DNA of 64,000 nt from Amoebophrya sp. A120 (Eukaryota > Protista > Dinoflagellata). Shown piece after piece: positions 62,001-64,000 of this stretch. The notes under the pieces were generated by a model that was given only the letters and a program-made list of their open reading frames with translations, did no database searches and was not told where the DNA came from. Within the stretch, counting starts at the first letter, position 1; the number at the start of each line of letters is the position of its first letter. The stretch covers positions 3,651,253 through 3,715,252 of the forward strand of contig CAJINV010000005.1 of the NCBI GenBank assembly GCA_905178155.1, written 5' to 3'. A program made the translations under genes and the position numbers.

Positions 62001-63959
62001 AGACTGATTGTGTTCGTCCCAACGGAAGCTGGTGTTGTCGCCCTTGTTTGGCGGAGGTAAGACAAGGCCGACAAGCGTCCCGGTCGAGCTGCTATTCTCC
62101 GCGGTGGACGGCGACGGACCTAAATGTTGCGCAAGATAAGCACCACCAGACCTACTACCAGCAGAATTGTTGTTGCTTCGCGCACCACTGCACTCGAGGT
62201 TAGGATTGCTGATGCTCTGTGACCGCCGGAATAGACTCTGGCTGTGTAGTTGCTGCTCCCCGTGCATCACAACAGCAGCCCCACCGGGATCGCTGCTCCC
62301 CTCGTAGGTCGCTTCTGTGATAGATCGCGGCAAGGCAACCTGCGGTGCGGACGGAAGGTGAAAGCTGGATTCGCAGTTCTGCGGTAAGGTTGGAGACGTT
62401 GGGAGGAGTAGGTTGGGAGCTGCAGATGCTGGGCCCCCGCCGGTGGAGCTACCTGGTAGTTGTGCCTGGTGATAGTGCGTCATCGAAGCCCCGCCCGCCG
62501 GGTTCGAACCCTGACTGCCGTACTGCAACGCGTGATCGCGGAGAGGTACTAGGGGTTCGTCGCTCCTCTTCCCCGCGATGGCCCCAGCACCGCCCTGGTC
62601 GACACTGCGCACGCTCATTTGTGGTAAGCAGAATTCAGCGGCCTGATGAAAGTTCATCTTGTTTTCCTGGTTATAAAAATCTTTGATCTCGCCAAACTGC
62701 AAGTTCGCTGTCATGTTGCCCGGTGGCGCTGGCGGACTGGTCAGGTTAAATTCCTCCATTTGCTCCGAACGATCTCCGGGGCTCGGCTTCCGCTTCAAGT
62801 TGTCGCGCAGCTTCTCTTTTTCCTTACTCCCGTGCTTGTGTCGATGCGACGTCTTGTGGTCTTTATGCAGCTTGTCATGATCCTTAACCTTAGATGTTGA
62901 TTTGTGGTGCCGCATAGGAGATGAAGAAGCCGCTGCGACGGGCGAGCCGGTTGGATACTCAACGAGCGGATTTGTGTCAACGGGCGCAGTCATCGTGTTC
63001 AGATTCAGTGGACTGGACTTTCGCTGATGATGTTGCCGGTGGCGGTCCTGATGCTGATGATGATGATGGTTGCGTTTGTCGCCTTTCCCATGAGCTGCAT
63101 CTTTCTCCCTAGTTTCGTGCGAATGATGCTGGTGACTTTGCAAATTTGGGTTGTTTTCCGAAAATCCCTGATGCAACAAATTCTCATCCGACCCGCGGCG
63201 CGTACTGTGGTGATGATGCCCATGATGCCCCCCGCTGTGCTTGCCACTGGCTCCGTGATGACCACTGTGGTGGTGTCCATGCGCTCCTTTCTCGCCCTTG
63301 AACATGCGCTTTACTTTTGCCGTTTTCAGAAAATTGTACACATTATCCGGATCCGCGGTCCGCGCGTCCAGAAACGACCTTCTTTTTTTCGCCCGCTTCG
63401 GCCGGTGCTCCGGGCTGCACAGACCACCGCCAGCACCTCCGGTTGTGGTTCCGTTGTTGTTCTTGCTGCGGCTGCCATTGCTGGAAGTTATCGACGCATT
63501 CCGAATTCGGGAGGAGCTGGGGTTGCGGAAAGCGGAAGAAGCAAAGTGATGCTGACCACGGAAAGAGGACGGTAACGTAAGCTGGTGGCCGTGGTGCAGA
63601 AGGGAACGAGGATGGCCGTGGGAAAAATGATCGTGCTCGATGAAAGCAGGTTGCTTACCACTAAAGCTGCCGTGATTTTTGTGTTGGTGCTGGTTGCTGC
63701 TGTTTAGTGTTGTATTCTGCTGGTGATAAAATGGCAGGTGAGCACCAAAGTTACTAGAACTACTAGACCCGGAACCTTGAAGATGATGGCCAACATTCGT
63801 TGCAAGTCCCCGCAACGCGGCCCTGGAGGATGATCTGTCGAGAGACTGACACCGCATGGAGTTACTGTCCGACAGCCCCCGCCCCCGAGGATGAAAGAGG
63901 CTTGAGTGGTGGTGCGCGAGGCCACGAGACCGCAAGTTTCGGTTGTGCAGCCATTCCAA
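59070..63959 (-). CDS. Large His/Ser/Gly-rich protein of unknown function (single 4.9-kb open frame, probably the last exon of a gene starting beyond the window)
   Basis: 1629-codon uninterrupted ORF with helical-looking segments between low-complexity tracts. No family recognised. Confidence 0.85.
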   Translation of the reverse strand: MEWLHNRNLRSRGLAHHHSSLFHPRGRGLSDSNSMRCQSLDRSSSRAALRGLATNVGHHLQGSGSSSSSNFGAHLPFYHQQNTTLNSSNQHQHKNHGSFSGKQPAFIEHDHFSHGHPRSLLHHGHQLTLPSSFRGQHHFASSAFRNPSSSRIRNASITSSNGSRSKNNNGTTTGGAGGGLCSPEHRPKRAKKRRSFLDARTADPDNVYNFLKTAKVKRMFKGEKGAHGHHHSGHHGASGKHSGGHHGHHHHSTRRGSDENLLHQGFSENNPNLQSHQHHSHETREKDAAHGKGDKRNHHHHQHQDRHRQHHQRKSSPLNLNTMTAPVDTNPLVEYPTGSPVAAASSSPMRHHKSTSKVKDHDKLHKDHKTSHRHKHGSKEKEKLRDNLKRKPSPGDRSEQMEEFNLTSPPAPPGNMTANLQFGEIKDFYNQENKMNFHQAAEFCLPQMSVRSVDQGGAGAIAGKRSDEPLVPLRDHALQYGSQGSNPAGGASMTHYHQAQLPGSSTGGGPASAAPNLLLPTSPTLPQNCESSFHLPSAPQVALPRSITEATYEGSSDPGGAAVVMHGEQQLHSQSLFRRSQSISNPNLECSGARSNNNSAGSRSGGAYLAQHLGPSPSTAENSSSTGTLVGLVLPPPNKGDNTSFRWDEHNQSSTRKTTTTHEATATSRVHLPPIVVPGGPREPDAPTGLPGAPPTSTLNSGPLSGGKPPGSGNLVPRWPSMSDNLADLGLARFPVDTTTSEENTSRSPSLVCVTSKKNVLGPRPAQHDEHALHLEKYPGRQVDKQGMAISSNEHDHHRHFNAPGSLHHHHHYAKSAPNVDENFDSLVGTAQHEATQQHDHHLHRRLRTTNTSRKTSNVSSATVTTSASRTSRNTTSTSASALMAASKEEQRIAEEKYQEEKLELEHKIRDLFRTNKMLSEDFQTISTFNFFSRLSLSGIFSSCAGNRSNHQHGSSSYRGVQQQQGTTAQQQGTTGPTGLMNNNYQPTPDQQQDEADMAGTSTERVMRVSKRLRPLFARVMTVESPTVYIDLPIYELVVLFKRLQACLTLLLDPALEQQRENPILASELFGKKPKVVRKFGEFGGRGTTSGGMNLNNVEQKVDHHFQQQQPENLHGQLPNMNYSSSNSCAGNSAMLTTGTLNHASAAFDNFQQTTTTATSRGGPPTTSMGVHLPPPGGACPPLGMSTNLAGSYSNTPGGAAPAGQLVHQPGTIPPPPPSGPQRLTNAALRSLLVQHHDHGSVKDFEDDEASNVSTNGSEKTTVFVEDYDIEEEDSDDAGVVEAEESCAATTKATTGPSAGGHRGGHNCKNVRNAAQESYDKYDQERQEEDREGNGAPGASTWAEFLRSLFCCTRRRKTDRKTKGNALLNKMNKVATSTASYGQLDRRTSHNGRSTSKAPHDNIDKFSLEYDLEAQRPLLHEENDKADAEDLDDQESSCSYTRSTSNIFFLQKLDRSSSSTTAAPGGPASTSVPTRTGSELMVTNGVVSLTSGSSNCPPAASASLYPLANSCRAVEDTVYLYIVKKGFEHILQICQELIVLCAEWRLSYQMHARYYREQGIPQDLSHGQMWRLSFFVMNLSLIIRETIHFVHEVIALVIPDHLPRVQMYLLDEFTELLEQIDRCHDVTAF

Positions 63960-64000
63960 GTACTTGGTGCTGCTTCTTATGTCAGAAATGCCGCCGTGTT

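Overview
Eukaryotic, gene-dense genomic DNA, most likely from a syndinian dinoflagellate of the Amoebophrya type. This is inferred from a perfect dinoflagellate spliced leader and from abundant non-canonical, repeat-bounded introns. Every gene I could reconstruct is on the minus strand: four tandem copies of a secreted EF-hand gene, an acid-lipase-family gene, a very divergent histone H4, RER1, a CCCH zinc-finger protein, an SPFH-like protein, a large Cys-rich membrane protein, prefoldin 2, VPS29 with a ~240-aa loop insertion, and several unknown proteins. Three kinds of mobile DNA are visible. (1) About 30 introns are 150-340 bp TIR elements (TAT...ATA ends, 5-bp target duplications, at least three families, both orientations). 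Removing element plus one duplication restores the reading frame, usually with no GT-AG option. (2) Three 1.0-1.4 kb insertions are flanked by unusually long 42-61 bp direct repeats. One begins exactly with the 22-nt spliced leader and carries what looks like the start of a LINE APE endonuclease. Another contains an inverted pair of SL-RNA-like cassettes. (3) A satellite-filled 2-kb element is nested in a lipase intron. Bases 1-12.8 kb are a recent tandem amplification with chimeric junctions. Gene models were spliced by eye and have no transcript support.
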